From Camelus ferus (lineage: Eukaryota), in NCBI RefSeq assembly GCF_009834535.1, contig NC_045697.1, positions 81,346,001 through 81,410,000 on the forward strand: a stretch of 64,000 nt of DNA, written 5' to 3'. The notes beneath the pieces were generated by a model that saw nothing but the letters and a program-made list of their open reading frames with translations, had not been told where the DNA came from and made no database searches. Shown in pieces: positions 12,391 through 26,263 of this stretch. Position 1 is the stretch's first letter. Every line of letters starts with the position of its first letter. The position numbers were made by a program, and so were the translations under genes.

Positions 12391-14544
12391 AGGCGTTATA
12401 AAGCAATTTTCCCCATGGATAATAAAACCCACATTAGTTTTCCTTTTTAGAACCCATGTCATTTAAATCTCCCTATTATTAATTACAAATAGAAAGATAT
12501 TAGTAAGGATAAAGTCTTTATTTCTTCTTTAAATACTTTACATATAATTTGACTTGTATTTATAGAATCAAAGGAATGACACTGTAATTTATAAATGCTC
12601 CATCATATAATATGATTTGTCTATCTTTTATAAGTATCATTTTATTTTCAGGCTTTAATTGATACTTCCCCTTTCTGAATAGAAATTATCATTCATGAAA
12701 TGACTATAAATTAACTGGAGTCAATAAATAGAGTACTCTGAAGATGGGACTATTTTACCAAAAGAAGACAAAACTAAATAATTGAATGCAATATAAAATA
12801 AATAAATTAAATAAGGTAAAATGAATTCTGTAATGAATAAAGTAAAATGATACTGTAAACACACTACCTAATGAAGGAATGATAAATTTGTTTGCTGGCT
12901 TAGCTGTCTGTATCTGTTAGAAGTTGAGAAAAAAAGCAGTAATGAAATTTAGAGGGGAAAGAAAAAGCATGTGATGAGCACAGAAGTGTATCAAAAAATA
13001 TACTTATCACTCTACTAAAATCTTCAATATTTTAGGTTCCCATAGAGGGCAATATTGTATAAAAGATGGTGAACCAAGAATCTGCCAATTCATCTTTGTT
13101 GATGTGCTTTAAAGAAAACTGCTGTTACCATAAATTTGGTGCTGTTCTTCCCCTCAAACTCTGACTGATAGATAAAATGACGCACACAGAAACAAAGAAG
13201 CAGAGAAAATTAATTTGGTATCCTACTTAATGGTAGATTACTTGAGTGAATAGCCTCCAGTTTCACCTATAACTGGACTCAATCACCGAATCTCAGACAG
13301 TAGATTGCATTCTGTCATACAACTACCATACATATGGAATTATTTAGTCTAGTAGAAATATTAATGGAATAGTGCCTTTTTCAATGCCTGAAAGGTGAAA
13401 GGTGATCTAAAAATAAGAAAGCCATGTAACTATTTCAAGTCTAGCATCACTGAATCACAATAATCTCTGTTTAGTAAAAGGGTGTTGCATGAGTGAGACC
13501 TGGGTGACGTGGGGGAAGGACAGTAGAAATTAAACAGGGACAAAGCCATAGCACAGGGAAAAGGCATAGAGAATGGAATTTTATACTTAGCTATAGATCT
13601 TCAAGTTATTTCTATCACCAAATATGCATGCACTCACTTTCCTACCTCTCCTATAACTTGAAAAATAGTTGCTTCACCAGAAGTCCCTTCCTCTCCAAAA
13701 GACTAAATATAACTAACTACAACTTGAAGCATTTATTCTCAAATGACCTTTATAGTAACTGCTAATTTGTATTGAGATTATGCTGACAGTAGTAAAGGAA
13801 GGACATTGTGCATGTATAATACAGTTAAATCTCTATATTACTTTGAATACCCAATTATCTGTAGATTTCAATGCATGTGGTGATATGGAGCCCATGGATG
13901 ATGGGGCATGCTCTAATGGTCTATCAGATATGCCTCAGATGCAATTCTGAAGGAGAGATGACTTTGTAAGTTTCCCTTGCTATATGATGTCCTTTCCAAG
14001 ATTATTATGATGATTATCATATAGCAAATATTTCAAGGCTAACATAAATGAACTAAAATGAATAAAACTGTAAGTCAGATTTTTAGTCCCTGAGTCATAA
14101 GAAATAGAAAACTAGACTTTTTATTTAGGATATTGCCTTCTACATGAAGGTCAAACTAAAGTAAAATAAATTGTTTAGTTTAAATTAACTCATGCTAATC
14201 TTTAAAGTTCATTACTTATCAAGTACAATTCCTCAAGTCTAAATAACTAATATTTCCCAATCTGCCAAACTAACTAAGGGGTGTGTGTGTTTGCAATTAA
14301 GCAAAAGCTATATTTGAAGCAATCTAGTTTATATTCTTATCTCAGATTTCCAGATTATCCTGGATGGAGTTATTCCTCCAGCATGAACCACTCTTCCATG
14401 CCTACTGTTAGGGTGATGCAGGGAAACAAGCTGTTTGTCAAATTTAATGTTCTCTGTCATTGCTGTCAGCAGAAGTTTGTTTCAATATGCTTGCTTTCAT
14501 AATACATTCAATGCCAAAATTATGTTATCTCCAAATCATTTTTA

Positions 14545-14725
14545 AAAGTACTTTAGAGTTTACAAAAGATGTTCCCATAGATTGTTTTGAGTCTCACAAT
14601 GATTCCATGATTAATGCGGTATTGTGAACATTGTACAGGTTAAAATACTGAGACCCAAAGCAGCAAATCTGGAATCTACAAGAGGACTCAGTGACTCCCA
14701 GCCCTGTCATCTCTACACTATACCA
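14545..14725 (-). mobile_element. MIR SINE (degraded)
   Basis: CATTGTACAGGTTAAAATACTGAGACCCAAAG resembles the reverse-complemented MIR core. Confidence 0.6.
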
Positions 14726-15083
14726 AAGAGTTTCTCTGAATGGATCTGTCTAGACCACGCTCTTTTATATAATTCTATAAGCTGGATAGCCTTTCAGGTG
14801 GCCGTCTAAAACCCTACACTCTTTAAAACATTTGATGGGATAGGATTCATGCTTTCAACCTCTCTATGTGGCAAGTTATCAATAATTCAGTAACATTCAA
14901 ATTTCAATCAGTTCCACAAATATCTGGTACACAAAAGCTTATCTAAATTAGAATTCGTCTAAAGGGCCATACAGCAAGAAGGATTTCAGTCAGGCTTTAG
15001 AAATACTAAGCAATATTGGGAATCATAGTTATTGAAATATGCTAATGGGAAAATAAAATAAGGGAAATTTATGAGATTTTTGC

Positions 15084-16020
15084 TTTCTTTTTTATTGAAG
15101 TACAATTGATTTATAATATTAGTTTCAGGCATACAACATAGTGATTCAATATTTGTATAGATTATAGTTCATTTAAGTTATTATAAAATATTGGCTATAT
15201 TCCCTGGGTTATACAATATGCATCCTTGTAGCCTATTTATTTTATGCATAGTCGGTTGTGCTTCTTAATCCCTTACCCCTATCTTGTCCATCTTCCCTTT
15301 CCTCCCCTCATTAGTTTTATCTCTATATCTAAGAGTCTATTTCATTTTGTTGCATTTGTTTGCTTTATTTTTTAAATTCCACACATATAAATGATTACAT
15401 GCAGTATTTGTCTTTCTCTGTCTGACTTACTTCACTAAGCATAACACCCTCTAGGTCCAGCCATATTATTGAAAATGTCAAAATCTTCAATCTTTTTTAT
15501 GGCTGAGTAGTATTCTATTGTATATCTTTACCACATCTTCTTTAGCCATTTATCTATTCATAGACACTTAGGTTGCTTCCATGTCCTGGCTATTGTAAAT
15601 AATGCTGCTATAAACATTGGGGTGCATGTATCTACTTGAATTAGTATTTTCATTTTCTTTGGATATATACACAGTAGTGGAATTGCTGGATCATATGGTG
15701 GTTCTATTTTTAGTTTTTTGAGGAACCTCCATATTGTTATATATGGCAATGGTATCAGTTTACATTATCCCCCCAACAGTGTCCTAGGATTCCCTTTTCT
15801 GTACAACCTTGTCAACATTTTTTTTATTTGTAGATTTTTGATGATAGCCATTGTGACAGGTGTAAGGTGATATGTCATTATGGTTTTGATTTGCATTTCT
15901 CTGATGATTAGTGATGTTGAGCTTCTTTTCATGTGCCTGTTGGCCATCTGTGTATCTTTTTTGGAAAAAAAAAAGTCTATTTATAACTTCTGCCCATTTT
16001 TAATCAGTTTGTTTTTTGTG
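15084..16020 (-). mobile_element. 5'-truncated L1 (ORF2 C-terminus plus 3'UTR)
   Basis: Minus-strand peptides [22 protein letters not shown] and WRFLKKLKIEPPYDPAIPLL...CTPMFIAALFTIA are the L1 ORF2 C-terminus. The poly(A) end appears as a T-tract at ~15088. Confidence 0.95.
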
Positions 16021-16094
16021 AGGTTATACTTTCTGTGTACTTTTATTTAAATTATACAATTTTTTTTTTTTTTGGTGGAGATAGGAATGAATCA

Positions 16095-16361
16095 GAGAAT
16101 TTCTCAGATCCATGCTATTGATATCACAGTCTAGATTACTGGTTGTCAGTTTTTTGTGACACACACAGATACCCACAGAAACAAGAGTTTCATACAACAG
16201 TTCTTACTATAACTATGTGCAGAGTACATTTAATACTTTACTTTTTGTTCTATTCAATCTTTTTCTATTTAATTCCTTTTCATAAACATTTGAAATGCTA
16301 ACCTTTATCTGTTAATGTAAATGCATATCATGAGTCATCACCTGCATTTTGAAAAGAAATG
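16095..16361 (+). mobile_element. hAT-Charlie MITE, MER119-like
   Basis: ACAAGAGTTTCATACAACAGTTCTTACTATAACTATGTGC and the terminus GAGTCATCACCTGCATTTTGAAAAGAAATG resemble MER119/Charlie4z. Confidence 0.6.
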
Positions 16362-17043
16362 AATCTGGACTCATATATATCTATAAACTACTGAATACAA
16401 AAAAATCAAGTCATTTCTATGATTTTATAATTGGAACTTTTTCTAACTTTTCCACTAAGCTGACTATTTTCATAAATCTTTTAAAAAAACACTGGTTTTA
16501 TTTCACAAAGTGACCGTCAATACACAATGCCACTCTTCAGAGAATACAGGTCCAAAGAGGCAGAGCAAGTTAACATATGACCATAGAAACAAACAGAACT
16601 TTCAGTTATATGATAACACTGCCTGTTAATGTAGACAACAATAAAGTAACTAACATATTAATTCCCTTTAGGATTTTAATTGTTTGCAATTATAAATTTA
16701 TAGACAAACACTTAGAAATCCCAAACTTCCAATTAAAAGGAGAAATGAGAAACCATAAAGCCATGAAGGAAGCACTCAGTATTTTTTCATGATTATTTGT
16801 GGGAAAATAGAAAGTGCATACTTAATTGCATCATAGACACCTTAAGGCTAGACTGCTTTTAGAGTGCCACTCATAAGCTCATTTTAGTTGTGCACTGTCT
16901 ATAGTGACAATAGTTCCAACCTAACTCTAAAGTAAAAAGATAAAACAACAAAGAAAATCCATGCTTTTCTTTTGTGAAATGTGCAGCTCCAATTTTAGGG
17001 GGAAAAAAATCAGTGCCTCAGAATAAAGAAGAAAGAAGGAAAA

Positions 17044-17691
17044 TGGAGTGGAATGCATTATTGGACTTACATTGTTACTCCTACCGGTATTAAAGCCCTT
17101 TGCTGCAGGACTTTGTAGTTCCTTCCAATAAGAGGGCTACCATATTTTTCCATCCCTTTACTTTTGGATTTGCTACATGATGTATTTTGGACAATAGATT
17201 GAGAAGAAAGTGCCACTATGCTGGTTCCAAACTGAGGTCTGAGAGGCATAATAGGTTTCTACTCATTCTCTTGTAATTCCATTATCACTGTAAGAAGAAC
17301 ATGCCTGGGTATGTGGACTGAGGCCACCCAGTTAAGATGTCCTAGACAAGTCCAGTTTAGAACAGAGCCCCTAGCTGACCTGTAGATGCGTGAGTGAGGC
17401 TGGCAGAGCCCAACTAGATCAGCTGACCCCTGCTGATCTGCTGATTTACAAGCAACACAGGAGCAGAGAGGAAAAGGCAGACTTTATTAATGCAACGGAC
17501 ATGGAAATAAATGAAGCTTTAAGTTACTTATTAATATTACCCTCATTATGTAAATAATCGCAGACTAGCAATATATAAATTCACTTCAGTACTACAAGTT
17601 GTGAAGTTTCAGACAATTTTAAGAAGTCAAATAAATGCGTAAGTTGCTGAATTTTTGGTAGTTTGTTACATGGAATTATTTAACTGACACA
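17044..17691 (+). mobile_element. MaLR LTR (MLT1G/H-like), interrupted at ~17456-17628
   Basis: MLT1-type body (AAGAACATGCCTGGG, GAGCCCAACTAGATCAGC) and MLT1 3' end AATAAATG...GGTAGTTTGTTAC...TAACTGACACA. Confidence 0.7.
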
Positions 17692-18894
17692 TAAAGTTGC
17701 TTTCCTGTGTCTAAAACCATTTTAAAAATATTTTCTTCTTCTTAATATATAATGTGAATTAAAACAAGAAAAATAATGATCACATTTTTATCAGAATTTA
17801 TTATATGATTTAAAAATTTTTTTCAATAGTAAGATTTTTTAAAGCACATTTTAAAAATGTGACTAAATTTCAAGATTTTTCTTCACTCTGTTAAGTTCTG
17901 CCATATTCTTGGAGCAAACACATTTCATATTTCTTAACAAATTTATTATTTTATTGCAAAGGTAAAGATGGAGTTCAAAGTAGAAATTTCACTCATAGAG
18001 TCAATAGGCTTTTTTTTCCCAGTGAAGATATAGAGTAAGCCACATTAAAAATAAAACTTAAAAAAAAGGATTTTGTTTCGGTACTAATTGATCCTAAATG
18101 TATGAAGGAAGACATTTTTTTGACTGATATCATTTGTGAAAGGATTAGAGAACCATCAATTTTACTGGGAAGCAACAATTGTGGAGGAAGCAGACTAAAC
18201 TATAGTAAAATGCACTCATAACAAGACTCTCAACATGAGTTTTCATACTGGGGTAATTTCGTCTGCTTGAAGTAAAGGAAAATTCATATTTCATTGATTC
18301 ATACTTACAAAGATCATTATTCTTTGTCCAGTCAACAATATAAAACAAAGAAACAAAGAAGTAATAACCACATAATTTGATTTCTAACTTGAACAAGGCA
18401 GTTGTTGATTTGCCCCTTTCTCTTTTTGTTAAAATTAACTGAAGATATATTAATATTTCTATATAAGAAATATGTTGACAAATGGTTAGTATGCATCAAA
18501 TCCCTCATCTTTTGGATTCTAAGAAATGGAAATAATAATAACTCCCAAATAATAATATAAAGTAGTTGCAATGACCTCAGCAGTAATAGTGCCACCACTA
18601 GTTTGACCAAGCAGGGCAGTGACTGTAACAGCACCACTATTTCTTGAACCCTCATAGGAGTTGGGCAATGTGCCAAATGGTTCCAGCTTTCTCCATGAAA
18701 AAACAGTCAAATTTTAAAATAAAATTCAGGCCAAGTTGGGATAGGTCTTGGGTGAACCATTTTAGAGTGCACAGATTCTGTAAATGTAGCTGTTTACGGC
18801 CCAAAATGAGTTGACAAATGAGAATAACAGTAAAAGAACAAAAAAAAAAAAGAGGAGAAGTAAATAAGAACAGAGTGGAAATGAAGTTGTAGCC

Positions 18895-19110
18895 TCATAA
18901 TAATACTTACAGCAAACACTGAGTGAGCCTGGTATCTCCTAAGCAATTTGCTTTATTAACTCACTGAATCCCATGAAAAAATCTAGCTCATAAAATACAA
19001 ATGAAGATATTGGTGCACAGAGGGGCTAAGTGTCTAGGTTGCCCAAGGTAGTAGGATTGGCATGTGAACTTGATTTGTCCAGCTCCTGAGTTCACAATTT
19101 TAACCTTAAT
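18895..19110 (-). mobile_element. MIR SINE
   Basis: TACAAATGAAGATATTGGTGCACAGAGGGGCTAAG...TTGCCCAAGGT is the reverse MIR core. Confidence 0.7.
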
Positions 19111-21936
19111 GACCTAGAAATAGGAAGAGAAGCACTAAGATGATAAAACTATTTGGCTCTTTCAGTCCGTAGTTTTCACAGTACTAGTAAATCTTCCAAT
19201 GACTTACATTTCAAAATGTCTGAATTAGGAAACAGAGAACAACATCACAGTGGAAAACAAAGTGAAACATTAAATTGTTCCTAAGATAAGTTTAGAAGCA
19301 ATTTATTATAAAAAGGAAATCCTGGCAGACAACAGTCAATAAATTGAATACATAAATAGCAATTATAAGTAATGTCGGCTTAAGACTTAAGAATGTACCT
19401 AATCATAAGAGAGAATAATAAGTAAAGTAGCATATACAGCCTGGTTTGACATGGACAGTGAGGTATCCTGTCTACCTGGCTTAGCATTTTCCTGGCTTTT
19501 TTTTTTTTTTTCATTTTCTTTAAATACAGGATAAGTATTAATAGTCACAGAAACCTATATGAGGTTGCTGGACTCAGACTTTCTATTCCCAGCTTCTGCC
19601 ATGTCTTCTTCTTATATCACGTGAGACACATGTGCAACGCACAGAATTCTTACCTTACTATGTGGTTAAGAATGAAAAGCTAGTCAGTAATAACACATCT
19701 CTTTTCTTCTTCCCTTAGACCACTTGATTCTCAACTTAACTTCAACTCTCTTTTGAGCTCAGCATTTAGAATATTTGTTGATAAAATGAAGGTGATGCTT
19801 GGATAATTGCCAAGTTAGCCAAGAACCTAATTCACGCTGCTGGGGTGCCATGCAGGTCCTGAAGCCTGCCAAACGCATGAAGCCACCAGAATGCCAATCG
19901 GGGAGATCAGTGGGCAGTAAAAATCATATCTTCGTGTATGTGAAATATGAGTGGGTAATAAATAATGAGCAGCCCTACCACAGAGTTTAAAGAGATTATA
20001 GAGTATAGTTCAAATATTCTCACTACAGTGCTTTTGCAATATATTGTATGACATAATTTGCAACTATTTATATTACTACTTGACATGCTTTATTTTGCAA
20101 TGGTGCTCTTCTACAGCAATGAAATTTAAATCTATATAAAAATTTTAAAAGTATTTAAATTTTTTCAAAAAATGTTGATAAAACATCAACATTTATCATC
20201 TGCTAAGACAATTGTGACATAATTTCCTATTAAGATAAACTCTGCAAATCTGCTAAATAAGCTCTAGGATCTATCTAAAACATTATAGGTAGTTTAATTA
20301 GAATGTGTTTTGGAGTGACGATTTGTCATACAGAGCTCCAGAATGGTGTTTATGTACCATTTTGTGAAATACGAGTTTTCATTTAGGTCAGATGACTTCT
20401 CCTAAATTAACTGCTGTCATTTTCAATGATAATTTTTCTTCTGTATTAAATGAGATCTGTTAGTACTGGTCCTTTAGAAGAAAAATAATACCATAAAAAG
20501 TTATGATGTCATTTGAAGACAGCATACTCAGAGATTTAAAGCATGCACTGGAAAAAGTTAAATTCAATAATGGTCCAAATTATTTTTCTCCAATTCTTGG
20601 AATCAAAGTAAAGCTACTAAAAGTTAATGTGACATTTGATATTATTACAAGTGTCATTGTAAACCCAACTGAAATGCAACACTGATGGTAAAAGTAATTT
20701 GTTTTACAATTAAAATTGCAGAATTTGGTAGAGCAAAGAATCATGATAGAAACAATATTTTTGCTAAAATAAGAAAAAACAAGAATGGACTTGAAATGTA
20801 CTTAAAGTCAGTTGTGGTACAGGCATAATTTGTGATTGATTCTGAACTCAATTATTTTCCAAATGTAAAGAGAAGGTGTACTTGTTATAACTTCCAAATA
20901 TTTGGGTGTGTGTATATATATGCATATGAAGCTAGAGTAACTGAACTATGGTATTTTTGTCAGGGAGATGATGGCTGATATACATACATTTATATATTTT
21001 GCACAGCAGTATGTGCCTTCTTGCATTTGCTGCATGTCATCAGTCAGATTTTAGAGATGTTTAGCCTTTTGAAGAACTATTTTGTTAATCAACCTAAATG
21101 CCCTACAATGGTATTTAATTTTTAAATGCATTAGTCCTCTGTATTTTTTTGAATCCTTTTCTAATGCATTTAGAAAATATGAATAAGGTATTTCAAAAAT
21201 GGAGCACCAAAATTTCATTTTTCAAGGTTTACTGACTTACAAACTACAAAATTTGCAAACAGAAAAACATTGAAATCAAGTTCTATAAAGGCAAGATTTG
21301 TATCAAATAAACCAAATTATGTGAGCTCATGGGGTGTATAAAATTGAATTCTTGAATTATATAATATGTACTTTGCATTATCATGACATGTAGGAAGAAC
21401 TCTATGGCTTTTCTGTTTTATTGCATATATTGATAGTATATATTGAAATGGGATAAAATTAAAGTCTACCATTCTGAAGCTAAATTTGATGAACTAATCA
21501 AAATCATCACAACTAGAGAGATCTTGTCTTGAAAAAAGTGTTGAAAAAAGGTACCCTAAAAGAGATCAAAAGACTATACCTCTGAAATATTATATACTTC
21601 CATTCAAAACATGAGCAAGAGAAGAGCCTCCATTTAGGAGGTATCTTGACATCCCAAACAGAACACTTCCTCAGTTAAACATAACGTGATCTGCAGAGAA
21701 GAGTTAATTAAAAGTGTGGATGATTAGAATTTATTAATGATAAAATTCAACTTTGAAGATTACAGGCACCATTATAAAAGAAATTAAAATAAAATACTAT
21801 AGTAAAATTATATACTTTAGAAAAAATATTTATAATACTTATTAGAATTAGGGTAAGACACTGATTACAATACATAAATATGTAATAATAATTATTATTT
21901 GACTTCTCAATTATTGTAAAGAAAAAGTTTACCTTA

Positions 21937-22856
21937 GAGAGGTTTCAAAATGGCAGCATAGGAAGATCCTGAATTCACCTTCTCCCACCAACACAACAAA
22001 TCTACAACTATATATGGACTGATTCCCTCAGAAAGGGACCTGAAAATAGTCTCATCATGGGAAAAAAACCACACCCTAGTAGCAGCAATCCATAACTGGA
22101 AAGGCTTACAAAGGTACAGATCTCTTCCCAGAGGAGAGAGGGATTTGAGCTCCACATAAGGGGCACCGACCCCTACATCCTGCCCAGGAGAGACAACTAC
22201 CTCAATGCCTGGCTTTGAGAACCAGTGGGGAACACACCCAGGAAAATCACAGAACTGCAGGGAACGTAAAGCCCACTCTAAAGCGGCCCACACACAGGTT
22301 CACTTGATCATGAAAACCAGCACAAAAGCACCAGACTGAAAAACACATGGGTCATAGGTGGAGGAGACCCACTTACAAATCTTGAGGCACCTGTCAGTGA
22401 AGCAGGAGCCAGCTGGGACACTCCCTGGGGACTGAGACACCGGCGGAAGCCATTCTGAAGTTCTCCGTCTAACCTGTTGGCATCAGTAGGTATGACCTGC
22501 AGAGAGTCCTGCTCACCCTGTGCCTCAGCCAGGTCTCACAGCGGGCCGAGCTGTAGCCCTGCCCACCAGTGCACTGCCACAGCAGACCACGCCGGGGAGA
22601 CCACTGAGTGCCCGGTTCTGGGGGCCAGGAGAGATTGCACCTCAGAGCCGCACAGGGTAGCTCTAGAAAAGGGCGCTCTTTCAAGACTGGGAGAGAGAGC
22701 TGATTTGCCTAATGCATAGAAAGAAACACAGAAAATCAGGTAAAACAAAGAAACAGTGGGATATGTTTCAATCAGAAGGAAAAGACAAAACTTCAGAAAA
22801 AGAACTAAATGAAACAGGTAAGCAGTTTATCTGATAAAAATCACAAAAATGTTCAA
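21937..22856 (+). mobile_element. L1 5'UTR plus start of ORF1 (3' part missing)
   Basis: Starts CAAAATGGCAGCATAGGAAGATCCTGAATTCACCTTCTCCCA, typical of a laurasiatherian L1 5' end. A GC/CpG-rich UTR follows, then ORF1 N-terminus-like MFQSEGKDKTSEKELNET. Confidence 0.8.
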
Positions 22857-24749
22857 ACTTCAACCTCTCTTCTGAGACAAAATTGACTGTCAAAGTAGTG
22901 CTCTCCCTTAACTTTCTCTGCTAAAACTTCTAATGAGGTATAAAAGTCTTCCCATGATTGTTGATGGGAACTCGTTATATGTAGCTTTTATTAATTGTCT
23001 ATATCTAACACTATCTAGTTACCTTTCAATTAATTTATTTAAGAGAAAAGTATTCTTTAACTCATAAAATAGCATTTTGAAAGAATTCCAAAATATGTCA
23101 AAGCGGCATCAATGGTCAAAAACCAGATGCACTGAATTTGACTTTCAAAGGTTCAACTTGGTGATGAAAAGTTTCTTTCTTAGGAAAAGCAAGATGGAAC
23201 TCAGTATTTTGATAGAAGGAAGCCAGGTGCATTGTCACTGAAATGATACCCACTCGCTGATTTGTAAAATAGCTGGTATTTTGGAGAAAGGGTATGAAAT
23301 GAGACAACTATAATGAAAACTTCTGTCTTTATCATTTTTTCCGTTTTATTTATTTTAAAATTTTATATCTTTAAAAGATCATTATGAAAATTTGGTTTTA
23401 AAGGAACTAAGGACGGGTGATTTTGTCTGCATTTGAGGTTGATCTTTAAAGAGGAGCAGCGTAACTTTTGAACTGGATAAAGAGAGATTCAATGTGAACG
23501 AACACCAACAAGAAAAGTTGCCAGGTCCTACTGGTTCACTCATTCCTGCTAAATATCTAGTAAAGTTTTGATGGATTTGTATTTCATAGAAGCAAAAGCA
23601 AAAACAAAAATAAAACATCCCAATAAATTTCCTTCCCATTCAATGTTGAGATGACAATAATGATTGCCCCAAATTCTGTTCTGCAATTATTTATTTAATA
23701 AGAGAACTGACAGGATTAAACTGAATGTTTTAACATGAGGCTTTTTCCTAAATATTATTGTTTAAGGGGTACAATACATGAAAGAAAGAGATTTCTAGTA
23801 AATAATTTGTATGCCCATAAATATTCAGAAGATCAATGTTAAAATTTATATTACAAAGGAGATCTGTTATTGGGATTAACAAAAAAGAGAATCAATCAGT
23901 GGAAACTTCATGTTAGTTATTTTTATAACGAAGGATAAAAAATCATAAAGCAATGACAGAAATAGTGTCTTGTGTTAAATAGGATGGTTTAAGGGAATAG
24001 TGATTATTAAAGGTCTGACTACATATCTACATCTTATCTGTACAAAACACGGTCCTGTTTTTTTAAATGTTTGTTTGTTATAAGAAGCAGATGGGCTTTC
24101 CTGTGAAAGAAAAACAACAGATATGCTAGAAAAATTATATTTGAAATTATAACAAAACTTTTCTAGAAAGAGAAGAATCAGATAGTAGATGGTTGTATTC
24201 ATGTAACAGCAGATCAAATAGAATGAATTTGATGAAGTCTAACCTTAGCACAACCATAATAACATACATAATGTATATATTATGAATATGTATGTTTCTA
24301 ATGATAACACCCAAAATATACAGCTTCAAAAAATCTAATGCCTTTCTGAATCTTAATAAAAACTTTTGAAGTCATGGACACGACATGTTTACTTAATTGT
24401 GATACTTCTTACCAATAAGTATTTTTAGCACAATGACTAATTCAATGCTTTCCCTCCTGTATCATGTAACATAGTTGGTACATATATATATAAACACTTT
24501 GTTGAATTAAATGGTGAGCACTTTAAGAAGGGTGAAACTTCACATCACCCCAAGAGTTCCATGGAGTTAACAAGTTATTCAAAGCAATTTATCAGTACAA
24601 TTTTTCCTTATTCTTTTAATTTAATAATACAAGATTATATGTTTATATATTTAAAGGGGCAAATATGGTAGTGAATTTATTCCTAATTCTCATAAAAATG
24701 TTCCAGGTCTTGTTTTACACTTTTAATAAACTTTCATATTTGTCTAACA

Positions 24750-24960
24750 TTCTTTCATTCAACAAACACTTAAACACTGCTATGCAAGAACTACCATTGG
24801 GGGTATAAGATGAGTAAGAGGATAGCCATTATTAAGAAATTCAGAACAGAGATGGAAATACTCACAGGAATAATAAAGCCTCTATACCATATGTTAGCGA
24901 TAATGATGGAGGTATAAGCTGGGTTTTCTGGGTCACCAAAAATGGACATCTAGTAATAGC
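24750..24960 (-). mobile_element. L2 3' fragment
   Basis: TTTCATTCAACAAACACTTAAACACTGCTATGCAAG is a reverse L2 tail. Confidence 0.65.
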
Positions 24961-25099
24961 AACTAACATATATGTAACACTAATGGTATCCCATACACTC
25001 TCCTAAATTCTTTGCATTGATGCTCTAACTTATGGCACACAGTCACTGCATCAGGGGCAACACGTGTGCATGAGTGAGAATTGCAGGACTCTTTCTTGT

Positions 25100-25385
25100 A
25101 ATGCCAGGAGAGAACATCATCTCTTTCTTTGGAAGTCTTGGTGTACAGAGAAATGGTAGTTGCTATTGTCACCGTAAGACAAACATCCGAGAAGAAATCC
25201 TTGCAGGAGGAGGGTAGAGCTAAGGGAAATTCACATGGAATCCAAAGACCTGAAGCCACGGAATTAAGCTAACTGTGAATGCTGCACTACTTCTAGACTT
25301 TGAATTACATGAAACAATAAATTTCCTTTCTGTTTTAGGGAGATTGAGTGGAGTGTACTGAGACTTGTTAATTGCAGCTGAGGGA
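25100..25385 (+). mobile_element. MaLR LTR fragment (MLT1J/K-like)
   Basis: CTACTTCTAGACTTTGAATTACATGAAACAATAAATTTCCTTTCTGTTTTAGG resembles an MLT1 3' end. Confidence 0.55.
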
Positions 25386-25800
25386 CAATTGGTTTAAATG
25401 CTATAATCTTTCCATACTTTTTTCAAAGCCCTCCCAGTCTTTACACATTTCTTCTTTCCCTAATGAATCCCAACCCACCCACTAAGGTTGAACTTAACTG
25501 TAATAAACTTCAGTAAGCCTTTCATGATGTTTCCAGTGAGAAGTAATTAATTACTCCTTTGACTTCTACTTTAGTCAGTGGCATTGATTTAACTATGTCC
25601 TGTATTTTAGTCGGCTATTTTTCATGAGAACTTTTCTCGCTGGTTTTGTGATTAGAAAGATGAAGTTCAAATGTAAACTCCTCCAATTACTAGCTGGAAG
25701 TTCATTAAACATCTTTGACTTAGAGCCTCTTCATATCTGTAACATATTGATAGTCTAAGACAAAATAATAGGACTAAATAGCATGAAATTAGAGAACCTA

Positions 25801-26263
25801 TGTGGTAAAGGTTGTATTGTGTCCCCTCTGAAGAAGATATGTGGAAGTCCTAACCCCCAGGACCTCAGAATGTGATATTATTTGGAAATAGAGTTGCTTA
25901 CAGATACAATTAGTTACGATGAGGTTACAGAGTAGTATGGGTCCCTAATGTAATATGACTGGCATATTTATAAAAACATAGCCATGTGAAGAAAGCGAGA
26001 CACAAAGGAGCGCATCCTGTGAGGAATACAGAGATCGGAGCTGTGAAGCTGAAAGGCAAGGAATGCCAGAGATTGCTGGCAAACCCCCAGAAGCCAGGAG
26101 AAGTCAAGGGAGGATTCCTCTACGGGTTTCAGAGGGAGCAGAGCCCTGCTGACACCTTGATTTTGGACTTCTTGCCTCCAGAACTGTGAGACAATAAGTC
26201 TCTGTTGTCTTAAGCCACCTAGTTTGTGGTACTTTGTTAAAGTAACCCTAGGAAACTCATACA
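25801..26263 (+). mobile_element. MaLR solo LTR (MLT1C-like)
   Basis: TG...CA ends, ~463 bp, with diagnostic GAAGTCCTAACCCCCAG, CCCTGCTGACACCTTGATTTTGGACTTC and CCTCCAGAACTGTGAGACAATAA. Confidence 0.92.

Noticed and set aside
15558..15947. ORFs with real protein similarity
   Set aside because: Frameshifted L1 ORF2 remnants, not a host gene.
18585..18625. CTCF-like motifs
   Set aside because: Poor fit to the core spacing in both orientations.
23100..23640. Possible processed pseudogene or coding exon
   Set aside because: The frames I translated gave no recognisable protein, and I saw no poly(A) or TSD.
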